Source: Promethearchaeota archaeon | GTDB lineage: Archaea; Asgardarchaeota; Lokiarchaeia; Sigyniarchaeales; SOKP01 | Direction: 5' to 3' | Assembly (NCBI GenBank): GCA_030599585.1 | Contig: JAUVNS010000012.1 | Span: 32,001 to 96,000 of the forward strand | DNA length: 64,000 bases | Part shown: in pieces, positions 1-8,370 of the stretch | Numbering within the stretch: the stretch's first letter is position 1 | How the letters are laid out: every line of letters begins with the position of its first letter | Position numbers and translations under genes: made by a program | Notes under the pieces: model-generated | Database searches by the model: none | Seen by the model: only the letters and a program-made list of their open reading frames with translations | What the model was told of the DNA's origin: nothing

Positions 1-328
1 TCTTTACTTTTTTCTCTTCGTTGTTCAATTGGACTAATCCATCAGTATCAATCGTCTCTAATCCTAAGTTTCGGGCTTCTAATAGAATTTCATCTGAAGC
101 TATTACACATACATTGGGTTTATCACTTGTTACAGTATTGTTAGGTAGTACTATTTCCTTGTCTATCCTCTGTTTAGGGTCGTTTAAATTAAGGTCTTTC
201 AGATTAATAATTAAATCAATTGATTCGTCAAATTTCCTAACCTTATCTTTAAATCCCTCCTTTTTTATAACAGAGTGCTCGATAGCTGCGTTAATCGATT
301 TCTTTAACAATTTATCGTCAACTTTCAT
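1..328 (-). CDS. rpl1: 50S ribosomal protein L1 (uL1), 3'-truncated by the window edge
   Basis: Not in the ORF track. Manual translation from ATG at 328 gives MKVDDKLLKKSINAAIEHS...RKFDESIDLIINLKDLNLNDPKQRIDKEIVLPN...VCVIASDE, the typical archaeal L1 N-terminus. It lies 3 nt downstream of rpl11. Confidence 0.95.
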   Translation of the reverse strand, partial: MKVDDKLLKKSINAAIEHSVIKKEGFKDKVRKFDESIDLIINLKDLNLNDPKQRIDKEIVLPNNTVTSDKPNVCVIASDEILLEARNLGLETIDTDGLVQLNNEEKKVK

Positions 329-331
329 ATT

Positions 332-866
332 TTACATCTCCCCCTGAATTTTATCATCATATTCTCCAGCGTCAATTCTTTTTTGTATATCTCTTGGATT
401 ACTACCCTCAACTGTTGCACCAATAGAAAGAGCTGTTCCTATAACAGTTTTTACAGCGTTTTTGAAAGTTTTAGCTAAGAATATGTCCTTTTTAGCGTTT
501 GTAACAGTAATCACCTGTTCAAGAGTTAAATCACCAGATTTCTGTTCAGAACTATTTACGCTTCCTTTTTCTATTCCCAATTCCTTCAAGAGGAGTGAAG
601 CTGTACTTGGGGTTTCTACGAAAATCTCAAATTGCTTGGTTTCAGGATCGCACTCAATTCTAATTGGGACGGTTAATCCCTTAAAAAGCATGGTTTTTTC
701 GTTAACGGCGTCCACTACGTCCTTAATGTTTGCATAGAAAATTGACTTAATTTTCATTTATGCCAGTAGGACCTACGGCAGGCCCAATAGGGGGACCACC
801 ACTAGCAGCGCCGCCTGTGACTTGAGCATGTACAACCACGCGCCCTTTTTCCTTCTCTTTACTCAA
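332..866 (-). CDS. rpl11: 50S ribosomal protein L11 (uL11), split gene: exon1 866..758, exon2 729..332 (168 aa after splicing; an alternative in-frame GTG start lies at 875)
   Basis: Exon1 from TTG at 866 reads MSKEKEKGRVVVHAQVTGGAASGGPPIGPAVGPTGI, the hallmark L11 GG-A-GPP-GP motif. Exon2 reads NIKDVVDAVNEKT...TPSTASLLLKELGIEKGS...GTALSIG. The two parts are out of frame unless the 28 nt at 730..757 are removed. Confidence 0.93.
730..757 (-). other. Putative 28-nt bulge-helix-bulge (tRNA-endonuclease-type) intron in rpl11 mRNA
   Basis: Minus strand: GTCCTACTG-GCAT-AA^A-T-GAAAATT-AAGTC-AATTTTC-T-ATGC-AA^A-CATTAAGGAC. It has a 4-bp central helix GCAT/ATGC, two 3-nt AAA bulges, a 7-bp intron stem and an imperfect exon-exon stem. 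Cutting after the 2nd nt of each bulge gives GGC ATA AAC ATT AAG (G-I-N-I-K). Confidence 0.85.
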
Positions 867-1190
867 TTTATTCACTCTTTTTGTTAAATTAACTATTTAA
901 AGCCTACATTTTAAAACGCAGAACAAATTATTTGATTCAAACCAAAATTTCCAATATCTTTAATCATATCGGAACCGTAATCGTTTACGTTCTAAGTTTT
1001 GAAAAATATAGACTTAACTTAGTAAATTGCTAAATGAAGTGAACCTAAAAAATTTTATGAAATTTCACAATTGTTGTCGATCTGAATTTATTTATCTTAT
1101 TAATGATATGATTATTTGAGAAAAAGAAAAGAGTAATTTCAGAGCCAAATCTATTCAAATTTAAGAATTTTTAAAGGTTAAGATTTAACG

Positions 1191-2039
1191 ATGATAATCT
1201 GGATTCTAAATAGCGAGTCGGGTATAAAAATATTATATAAATCATTTTTGAAAACAGATGCTGATGAGGATATTGTATCTGGTTTTCTAACAGCTTTCCA
1301 TCATTTTTCTATGGAAGAATTTCATCAATCGTTAGAATCTATAGAAATGGGGGGTTTAAGATGGATTTACATATTAGAACCAAAATTTAAGTTGTTATTT
1401 GTTGTTGCAGATGTAAAAGAAGTAAAAACTGAGATTTTAATGGGCAGGCTTAATGTGTTAAAAGAAGCCTTTTTAAAAGAATTCGAAAAAGTTTGGATTA
1501 AAAAAAAACATAGTTGGGATGGGAATATGAAGATTTATATGCCATTCCTTAAAGTAATAGAAGATTATTACGGTCAGTGGGAGGAAGTGGAATCATTAAC
1601 CCAAGTCGCAGATTTTTTCGATATTTTAGGGGTATTTCAGCAGATTTTTATCTTGTTAAGAAACATTTTAGAAAAAAAAATGTACACTAAATCAAAACAC
1701 ATAATCTTAGATCGAATACAAAAAGTTTACAACAATTTTAGAGAAGAGGAAGAGTACAAATCACAACCCGAATTGGAAAATATTACTTTTTCTAAAGAAT
1801 CTTGGTTTAACATTATTGATATTAACTTGTTAAAGTGCGAAAAAGAAGTAATCACGAAATATTTAAAGTTGTTCCTTCACGGAACAGTTTCAATTTTAAT
1901 AAAAGTTAAGGGTAAAAATTTGTGTTTAAAATACTTTCATGAAGAAAGAATTTACTCTTATATTTACAATAACATGGGACTCTTAAAGGATTTAAATTTA
2001 GACATGTTTTTTTTAAAATTATTTTTATTACTCAAGTAA
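1191..2039 (+). CDS. Longin-like domain protein (N-terminal longin plus helical C-terminal region)
   Basis: N-terminus IWILNSESGIKILYKSF...DEDIVSGFLTAFHHFSMEEF...SIEMGGLRWIY...LLFVV matches the Asgard longin-like pattern. Confidence 0.7.
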   Translation: MIIWILNSESGIKILYKSFLKTDADEDIVSGFLTAFHHFSMEEFHQSLESIEMGGLRWIYILEPKFKLLFVVADVKEVKTEILMGRLNVLKEAFLKEFEKVWIKKKHSWDGNMKIYMPFLKVIEDYYGQWEEVESLTQVADFFDILGVFQQIFILLRNILEKKMYTKSKHIILDRIQKVYNNFREEEEYKSQPELENITFSKESWFNIIDINLLKCEKEVITKYLKLFLHGTVSILIKVKGKNLCLKYFHEERIYSYIYNNMGLLKDLNLDMFFLKLFLLLK

Positions 2040-2050
2040 AAGACATCATT

Positions 2051-2254
2051 TCAGAACCTACAGCAAAGGCGTCTACCGTAATCGAGATTATGTTTTAAAT
2101 ATTCATCAGATAATATTTTCATAATCTCTTCATAATTCAACTCTGTCTTATAAACCTTGTTCACTTTATCGGGAATATCCTCAATTTCTACTCCGGGAGT
2201 TGAAACTAATCTAAAGATCTCATTTTTAACTTCTTCAGATATTTCTTCTGTCAT
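2051..2254 (-). CDS. Small hypothetical protein (67 aa, ends RRLCCRF)
   Basis: Clean ATG-started ORF filling the intergenic space, with protein-like composition. Confidence 0.6.
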   Translation of the reverse strand: MTEEISEEVKNEIFRLVSTPGVEIEDIPDKVNKVYKTELNYEEIMKILSDEYLKHNLDYGRRLCCRF

Positions 2255-2375
2255 ATAATTATTATTAAGAAAATTAAGTGAAAAATGTTATCGTTAATTT
2301 TGAAAACCTCCCGCACATTATAGAGATTTTTTAATATAAATCTCCTTAGAGTGCTATAAAATATTAGAAAACAAA

Positions 2376-3053
2376 TTATACTTGTTCTAAAATAACTTCA
2401 TGAGTAATTGTACCTATTTTTTCAATAGAAGCTTCTATCACATCTCCTGGTTGTATCGGACTTATTCCACTTGGAGTACCTGTTGCGATAATATCTCCTC
2501 TTTTTAATGTTACAAATTTAGACAAATATTCTAGCGTTTGAGGGATTTTAAATAACATATGCTTAGTATTTGAGGATTGTCTTGTTTGTCCGTTAACTTT
2601 TAATTGGATTGATAAGTTATGAGGGTCGGAAATCTCACTACACGGAACGATTCTCGGTCCTATCGGACCAAAAGAATCGAAATTTTTGCTTCTATACCAT
2701 GGCAGATTTATATTTCTATCGCTTTTTTGCATGGTCCTTGCTGTCATATCCAGAAAAATGGTATATCCTTGTACATAATCCATGGCATTTTCAGCAGAAA
2801 TGTTTTTACATGTTTGAAAAATAATAAAAGCGAGTTCAACTTCGTGATCGACTCTATTATATTTCTCGCTTTCATATAGAATTTTCGGGTAAATTATAGG
2901 TTCATTGTCAGTTATAAGCGTATTCAATGTCTTGATAAAAAAGACAGGTTCAGATGGAATGGGTGCATTTGTTTCTTTTATGTGATCTAAATAATTCCGC
3001 CCTAAACATACTATTTTCGTTGGATTTATCGTAGTTTTTCCAATTTTTACCAT
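2376..3053 (-). CDS. Fumarylacetoacetate hydrolase family protein
   Basis: KIVCLGRNY..H, DHEVEL, DMTAR, K.FDSFGPIGP, GDIIATGTPSG motifs. Confidence 0.93.
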   Translation of the reverse strand: MVKIGKTTINPTKIVCLGRNYLDHIKETNAPIPSEPVFFIKTLNTLITDNEPIIYPKILYESEKYNRVDHEVELAFIIFQTCKNISAENAMDYVQGYTIFLDMTARTMQKSDRNINLPWYRSKNFDSFGPIGPRIVPCSEISDPHNLSIQLKVNGQTRQSSNTKHMLFKIPQTLEYLSKFVTLKRGDIIATGTPSGISPIQPGDVIEASIEKIGTITHEVILEQV

Positions 3054-3749
3054 TTAACTTGCCACCTCTTCTATAACAACTTTATTTGATAGGGTCCCAA
3101 TTTTTTCGATCGAAGCTTCTATGATATCTCCCGGTTTGATTGGACCTATGCCTGACGGGGTTCCTGTAGCCACGATATCTCCTGGTTCCATAGTAAAGAA
3201 TTGTGTAATATTTTCTAACAGCTCCGGGATTTTGAATAATAAATGCTTTGTATTTGACGATTGCTTAATTTCTCCGTTTAGTTTTAGTTCGATTTTAAGA
3301 TTGTGGGGATCACCGATTTCTCGATGTCCTACAATTCTGGGACCTATTGGACCGAAAGTATCTAACGCTTTTGAGCGAAACCATGGTAATCTTGACGCTA
3401 TGTCTTTAACTTGTATCTTTCTAGCGGTAATATCGTTAAATATAGTATAACCTAGAATATAATCGTACGCATTGTTAACTTTTACATATTTGCACTTATC
3501 TTTTATAATAAAAGCTAACTCTACTTCGTAATCAACCCGTTTATACTTACGATTGTTAAATATCCAATGTGGATAAATAATTGGTTCACCGTCTGAGATA
3601 AGACAGTTTAAAGTCTTTGGAAAAAGAACTGGTTCTTTTGGTACCGCTAACTTCGTTTCTTCGATATGATCCATGTAGTTAGTACCAACGCAGATGATTT
3701 TTGAAGGATTAATCTCCAAGTCTCCTATTTTCATCCTATAACATGACAC
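3054..3749 (-). CDS. Fumarylacetoacetate hydrolase family protein (tandem paralog)
   Basis: KIICVGTNY..H, DYEVEL, NDITAR, K.LDTFGPIGP, GDIVATGTPSG motifs. Confidence 0.93.
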   Translation of the reverse strand: MSCYRMKIGDLEINPSKIICVGTNYMDHIEETKLAVPKEPVLFPKTLNCLISDGEPIIYPHWIFNNRKYKRVDYEVELAFIIKDKCKYVKVNNAYDYILGYTIFNDITARKIQVKDIASRLPWFRSKALDTFGPIGPRIVGHREIGDPHNLKIELKLNGEIKQSSNTKHLLFKIPELLENITQFFTMEPGDIVATGTPSGIGPIKPGDIIEASIEKIGTLSNKVVIEEVAS

Positions 3750-3871
3750 CCGTTAAATATTTCCGTTTTATTAAATACAAATATTAGTTATATCATTTAT
3801 TAGAATAGATTGATTATGAATATTAAAGTTAGGATTGAAATATAAATTATCGTTTAATAGAAGGATATATC

Positions 3872-4429
3872 ATGTCAGAAGAAAAACATATTGAATTCAA
3901 AAATAAGATGACTATTAGAATAGCAGTAACTGCGATTTTAATCGCTGTTGGAGTCGTTTTGAGTTATCTAAATCCATTTGCTTACTTTACAATTGCTGGA
4001 ACTAAAATAAATCCTTTCGCCCATCTAATTAATGTTTTGAGTGGTGTTTTATTAGGATTATTATTCTCTATAGTTACTGCTCTTGGTATTGCTATCATTC
4101 GTTATGCTACTGCAATCGGGTCTATTCACGCTTTTCATGGTGGTATTTCAGGGGCCCTAATTGTGGGTATTGCTTCATACATTTTACAAAAAAAGAAGCC
4201 AAAATATGCAGAGTATGCTGCCTTTGTAGAACCAATAGGAACAGTATTCTTAGGAGGGACTATCGCTGAAATCATAGTCCCCATCTACGGAATATTTTCG
4301 ATGGAAGGGGTACTTGTATATTGGAGTTTATTCTTCTTACCATCTATTGTAGGTTGCGCTATTGGTTTTATAATATTAAAAATCCTCAAAGATTCTGGAT
4401 ATTCATGGGAAAATTTTACAAATAAATAA
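3872..4429 (+). CDS. thiW: ECF transporter S-component, ThiW family
   Basis: Hydrophobic 185-aa protein with KINPFAHLINV..GVLLG, GSIHAFHGG and EPIGT motifs. Confidence 0.8.
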   Translation: MSEEKHIEFKNKMTIRIAVTAILIAVGVVLSYLNPFAYFTIAGTKINPFAHLINVLSGVLLGLLFSIVTALGIAIIRYATAIGSIHAFHGGISGALIVGIASYILQKKKPKYAEYAAFVEPIGTVFLGGTIAEIIVPIYGIFSMEGVLVYWSLFFLPSIVGCAIGFIILKILKDSGYSWENFTNK

Positions 4430-4453
4430 TCTTTTTACTTTTTCTTAATAAAA

Positions 4454-5032
4454 ATGGAAGAATTAGACTTTGAAAAATACTTTGGACACAGAACATTATT
4501 ATATGGAGAAACTAATACAGGAAAAACTTATTACACTGCTAAATTTGTCCAATATCTCTTAGAAATCAAAAAAATTACCCCTGAAGATATAAGCATCTTG
4601 GATTTTGCTCCAAAATTAGCTTATTTTAATAATTTAAAGATCGGTGGGAGAATACAAGATTACTATGAAAATAGCGTAAAATGTAACAATATAAATTTTA
4701 AAGGAGATATTATTCCCCCCCGCCTAAAAGCTAAGAATAAAAATGATATGTACAACAATATTTGTCATAATTTCAATAAAATATATGAAATTATAGAAAT
4801 TTATAACATTAGCCCAACTCCAGTATTAATTATCAACGATATCTCTCTATACCTGCACTTAGGGAGCACTAGATACTTAATTAATACGATAAATAAATCA
4901 AATACTTTTTTTGGAAATTCTTATTATGGATCATCTATTAGCAGTAAATTCTCGAAGCTAATAAGCATCAAAGAAAAGAGAAAAGTTGAATCTCTTCTAA
5001 AAAATGTAGAAAACTCTTTTACGACGACTTAA
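4454..5032 (+). CDS. Small P-loop NTPase of unknown function
   Basis: Walker A GETNTGKT and Walker-B-like LIINDIS. Confidence 0.65.
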   Translation: MEELDFEKYFGHRTLLYGETNTGKTYYTAKFVQYLLEIKKITPEDISILDFAPKLAYFNNLKIGGRIQDYYENSVKCNNINFKGDIIPPRLKAKNKNDMYNNICHNFNKIYEIIEIYNISPTPVLIINDISLYLHLGSTRYLINTINKSNTFFGNSYYGSSISSKFSKLISIKEKRKVESLLKNVENSFTTT

Positions 5033-5166
5033 TTTGTTTTTCTTCTTCGATTTGATTATTTTTCTTTTAAATTATAATTGTAAACGATAATAATCACTCC
5101 AAATATTTACAATCAATAGTTTGTAAAATTACAAATTTACTACTAAATAAATGAGAAATTTTAAAG

Positions 5167-6018
5167 GTGGATAATAGAATGCCTAGTTTGAAAGGAAAAA
5201 CTGCTTTTATTACGGGAGCGAGTAGAGGAATTGGGAAAGCGATAGCTATGAGATTAGCTGAAGATGGGGCGAATATCGCAGTAGTAGCTAAAACTAAAGA
5301 TCCACATCCAAAACTACCTGGAACTGTGTACTCTGCTGTCGAAGATATCGAGTCTGTTGGAGGAAAAGGTATTCCTTGCATTGCTGATATAAGATTTGAG
5401 GACCAAGTCCAATCAGCTGTCGAAGCAACTGTAAAAGAATTTGGTGGGATAGATATTTTGATTAACGATGCCAGTGCGATAAGTCTGACTCCTACTCTAA
5501 AAACTCCAATGAAACGGTTTGATTTGATGGTTTCTGTAAATGTTCGTGGAACATTTTTATGTTCAAAGTTATGTATCCCATATTTAAAAAAATCTGATAA
5601 TCCTCACATATTAAATCTCTCGCCACCTTTAAACATGGACTCAAAATGGTTTGCTCATCATGTAGCTTACACAATGTCAAAATATGGTATGAGCATGTGC
5701 GTTCTTGGTATGGCTGAAGAATTTAAAAAAGAAGGAATAGCAGTTAACGCTTTATGGCCTCGTACTGCAATTGCTACCGCTGCGGTAAAAAACCTATTAG
5801 GAGGAGAAACTGCATTCAAGCACTCAAGAAAACCGGAAATTGTAGCTGATGCGGCGTATATTATTTTAACAAGACCCAGCAGAGATTATACAGGTAATTT
5901 TTTCATTGACGACGAAGTGTTAATTGAAAATGGAGTAACTGATCTTGGAAAATATTCTGTTGTACCAAACGCGCGACTCACACCAGATTTCTTTCTTTAT
6001 GGTGGGGGTCAAACTTAG
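5167..6018 (+). CDS. Short-chain dehydrogenase/reductase, HSDL2-like
   Basis: TGASRGIG, HPKLPGT, YTMSK and NALWPRTAIAT are characteristic of the HSDL2 subfamily. Confidence 0.9.
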   Translation: MDNRMPSLKGKTAFITGASRGIGKAIAMRLAEDGANIAVVAKTKDPHPKLPGTVYSAVEDIESVGGKGIPCIADIRFEDQVQSAVEATVKEFGGIDILINDASAISLTPTLKTPMKRFDLMVSVNVRGTFLCSKLCIPYLKKSDNPHILNLSPPLNMDSKWFAHHVAYTMSKYGMSMCVLGMAEEFKKEGIAVNALWPRTAIATAAVKNLLGGETAFKHSRKPEIVADAAYIILTRPSRDYTGNFFIDDEVLIENGVTDLGKYSVVPNARLTPDFFLYGGGQT

Positions 6019-6149
6019 TTTTTTTTAAATTCAGATACACTATTCCTTTGTTCAAATCAAGATATTTTGGTAAATATTATTTAAGAAAGTTATTTAATAC
6101 ACTCATACTCTTAAGTATTAAAAAAAATATTAAACGCTTAAAATAAGAG

Positions 6150-6812
6150 ATGATTAAATTGAAAACAAAAGTACGAGTTGTACTGTTCGGACCTCCCGGA
6201 AGTGGAAAAGGCACATTTTCTTCTCAAATAAAAAAAATATTACCGGATATTCCACATATTAGCACAGGGGATATCTTTCGAGAAAATTTAAAGAACGAAA
6301 CACCCCTTGGTTTAAAGGCTAAAGAATATATGGATAAAGGTGAGTTAGTCCCAGATGAGGTAACTATTGATATGGTTGGGGATAGGCTTGATAAAGAAGA
6401 TGTAAAAGAACATGGATTCATATTAGATGGTTTTCCGCGAACTGTAAATCAAACTGAAGCTTTAACCGAGATAACTGAAATAGATTTATTCCTTTTATTA
6501 GATGTAAGTCGTGATATCATAACAAAAAGAATTTTAGGAAGATACTCTTGTAAAAATTGCGGTGAAATCTTTAATAAATACACTCTTCCACCAAAAACAG
6601 AAGGTATATGCGATAAGTGTGGTGCTGAAATAAAATTTGAGCAAAGAAGCGACGATAACGAAGAAACATTAAAAAATCGTTTAGACACTTACGAGAAGAA
6701 CGCAAAACCAATAATAAAATACTACAAAAAGAAAAAATTACTAAAAAAAGTGAACGCTGAAAATACATTAGAATTAACCGAAAATGATATTAGAAAGATA
6801 TTAGAAGTGTAA
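6150..6812 (+). CDS. adk: Adenylate kinase (bacterial/eukaryotic type with Zn-binding LID)
   Basis: GPPGSGKGT, HISTGDIFR, LDGFPRT, CxxC...CxxC LID, RSDD. Confidence 0.96.
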   Translation: MIKLKTKVRVVLFGPPGSGKGTFSSQIKKILPDIPHISTGDIFRENLKNETPLGLKAKEYMDKGELVPDEVTIDMVGDRLDKEDVKEHGFILDGFPRTVNQTEALTEITEIDLFLLLDVSRDIITKRILGRYSCKNCGEIFNKYTLPPKTEGICDKCGAEIKFEQRSDDNEETLKNRLDTYEKNAKPIIKYYKKKKLLKKVNAENTLELTENDIRKILEV

Positions 6813-6847
6813 AATTATTTTTACTTTAATTTTTTTATAGGTTTATA

Positions 6848-7597
6848 ATGAAATATAAAATATGTATTGCAATTCCAATTAAATCAGCTGATCTTAATAT
6901 AAACAAACAAGTTATAGAAACTGCGCTAGAAAAAAGCCCTGATTTAATTGAATTTAGATTTGATTTTATAAACGAAGCTAAATTGATCACCCACTCCTTA
7001 CTAAAAGAATTAGTGGCTACCATCCCTCCTAAAATCCCAACAATATTAACCTTTAGAAGAAAACAGGAGGGAGGGCAATATGATTTGAGTATGAATGAAA
7101 GGTTAGATGTTTTAAGACATTTAATTGAAGTAAAGCCAGACTATATAGATATTGAAATTAACTCAGAATCCGAAGTTTTAAAAAACCTTATTGATTTGGC
7201 TTACGATAACAAAGTAAAATTAATCTTCTCTTATCACGATTTTGAAAAATTGGTTACATACGACGAAACAACTGAAATACTAAATAGGTTTGATGAAAAG
7301 TTAAAACATGAACTATCCATTGATGGAGATAAAATAAAAGAAAGTATCTTTAAAATTATATCGACGGCTCAAGTTTTTGATGACAACGTACAAGTTTTAA
7401 ATGTAAGCAAAAAACTTTCTCAGCAAAATAAGAAGTTTGTATGTTTTGCTATGGGGGATGTAGGGCTATTGTCTCGAATATTATGCGTTAAATTTGGATC
7501 TTTATGGACATATGGCTCTCTGGAAGAACAAACTGCTCCTGGGCAAATCAAAATTGAAAAAATTAGAGAAATACATCAATTATTGTATGAAAATTGA
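6848..7597 (+). CDS. aroD: 3-dehydroquinate dehydratase type I
   Basis: IEFRFD, TFRRKQEGG, SYHDF, FAMG...SR, TAPGQ motifs. Confidence 0.93.
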   Translation: MKYKICIAIPIKSADLNINKQVIETALEKSPDLIEFRFDFINEAKLITHSLLKELVATIPPKIPTILTFRRKQEGGQYDLSMNERLDVLRHLIEVKPDYIDIEINSESEVLKNLIDLAYDNKVKLIFSYHDFEKLVTYDETTEILNRFDEKLKHELSIDGDKIKESIFKIISTAQVFDDNVQVLNVSKKLSQQNKKFVCFAMGDVGLLSRILCVKFGSLWTYGSLEEQTAPGQIKIEKIREIHQLLYEN

Positions 7598-7610
7598 TGA
7601 AATCTATGAT

Positions 7611-7784
7611 TTATTGGGCCTTATCAAACACAAGTCCGCAATTTCCGCATTTTATTCTCTTTTTATAAACCGGAGATCCCTGCATTGAGTAATAGAGCAC
7701 CTGTGTTTTATCTGGTACCTCGTGTAGCTTTCTCGGGTTTTCTTCACCGCAATCTGAACATTTAAATCGTTTAGTTTCTGCCAT
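7611..7784 (-). CDS. Small zinc-ribbon protein (57 aa), below the ORF-track cutoff
   Basis: Manual translation: MAETKRFKCSDCGEENPRKLHEVPDKTQVLYYSMQGSPVYKKRIKCGNCGLVFDKAQ, with two CxxC pairs. Confidence 0.8.
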   Translation of the reverse strand: MAETKRFKCSDCGEENPRKLHEVPDKTQVLYYSMQGSPVYKKRIKCGNCGLVFDKAQ

Positions 7785-7950
7785 CGTTAAATTAAATATA
7801 TATCTTGATTATATTTTGAACAAATAATAGTTTCTATAAATATAAATTTAGGGTTTACTATAAATTTGCGTTCTGTTATCTTTACGAATAGAAGTTAGAT
7901 TAAATTCATACTAAATTATGATATTTCTACAATATTCAAATTATAAATAA

Positions 7951-8370
7951 TTACCAAAATGCCTTTTCCATTTTTTTTATCGGGTCATCTAAAGAATCTT
8001 CAATATCCTGTTCAAAATTTGAAAAAATAGATACATCGTTATCCCAATTATCTATAGTTTCTTTAGAGTATACCGTAAAAAATTTGTCCATTACACTTCT
8101 TAATTCTTGAAGGACTTTTTTCGGCTTAATTTTTTTATCTGAATTTGCAATAAAGATAAAATGAGCCCGTTTTAGTATTGTGAAGCGTTCGTTGCCCAAT
8201 TCAAAATTAGATAGCCCATCCTGGGCGATTTGTTCAGCAAACGAATTTAACGCAGTCAAAAGAGCTCCAAAAAGTTGTTCGTCTAATGTTTCCTCATAGA
8301 CTCTACTAAAGACAACTATACCCCCCTCGGATATTATCCACATGTCTCGTATAATCTTATTCGAAACCAA
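7951..8370 (-). CDS. Stand-alone longin-like domain protein
   Basis: MWIISEGGIVVFSR...DEQLFGALLTALNSFAEQI...LSNFELGNERFTI...FIFIA...W.ND.S.F pattern. Confidence 0.75.
   Translation of the reverse strand: MVSNKIIRDMWIISEGGIVVFSRVYEETLDEQLFGALLTALNSFAEQIAQDGLSNFELGNERFTILKRAHFIFIANSDKKIKPKKVLQELRSVMDKFFTVYSKETIDNWDNDVSIFSNFEQDIEDSLDDPIKKMEKAFW

Noticed and set aside
21-347. Plus-strand 108-aa ORF and the many other short ORFs antisense to or nested in real genes (e.g. 462..737, 3121..3450, 10851..11330, 23599..24096, 54818..55303)
   Set aside because: Shadow ORFs opposite well-supported genes, with no recognisable motifs.
332-757. ORF-track 141-aa protein starting MKIKSIFYA taken as the real L11, or rpl11 as a pseudogene or simple frameshift
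   Set aside because: The first 9 residues are not L11-like and the true conserved N-terminus lies upstream in another frame. A 1-nt error or ribosomal frameshift would leave about 9 extra residues in a conserved region. A 28-nt BHB excision explains the sequence exactly.
3750-3871. TPP riboswitch upstream of thiW
   Set aside because: The region is extremely AT-rich and lacks the CUGAGA and other conserved TPP aptamer elements.
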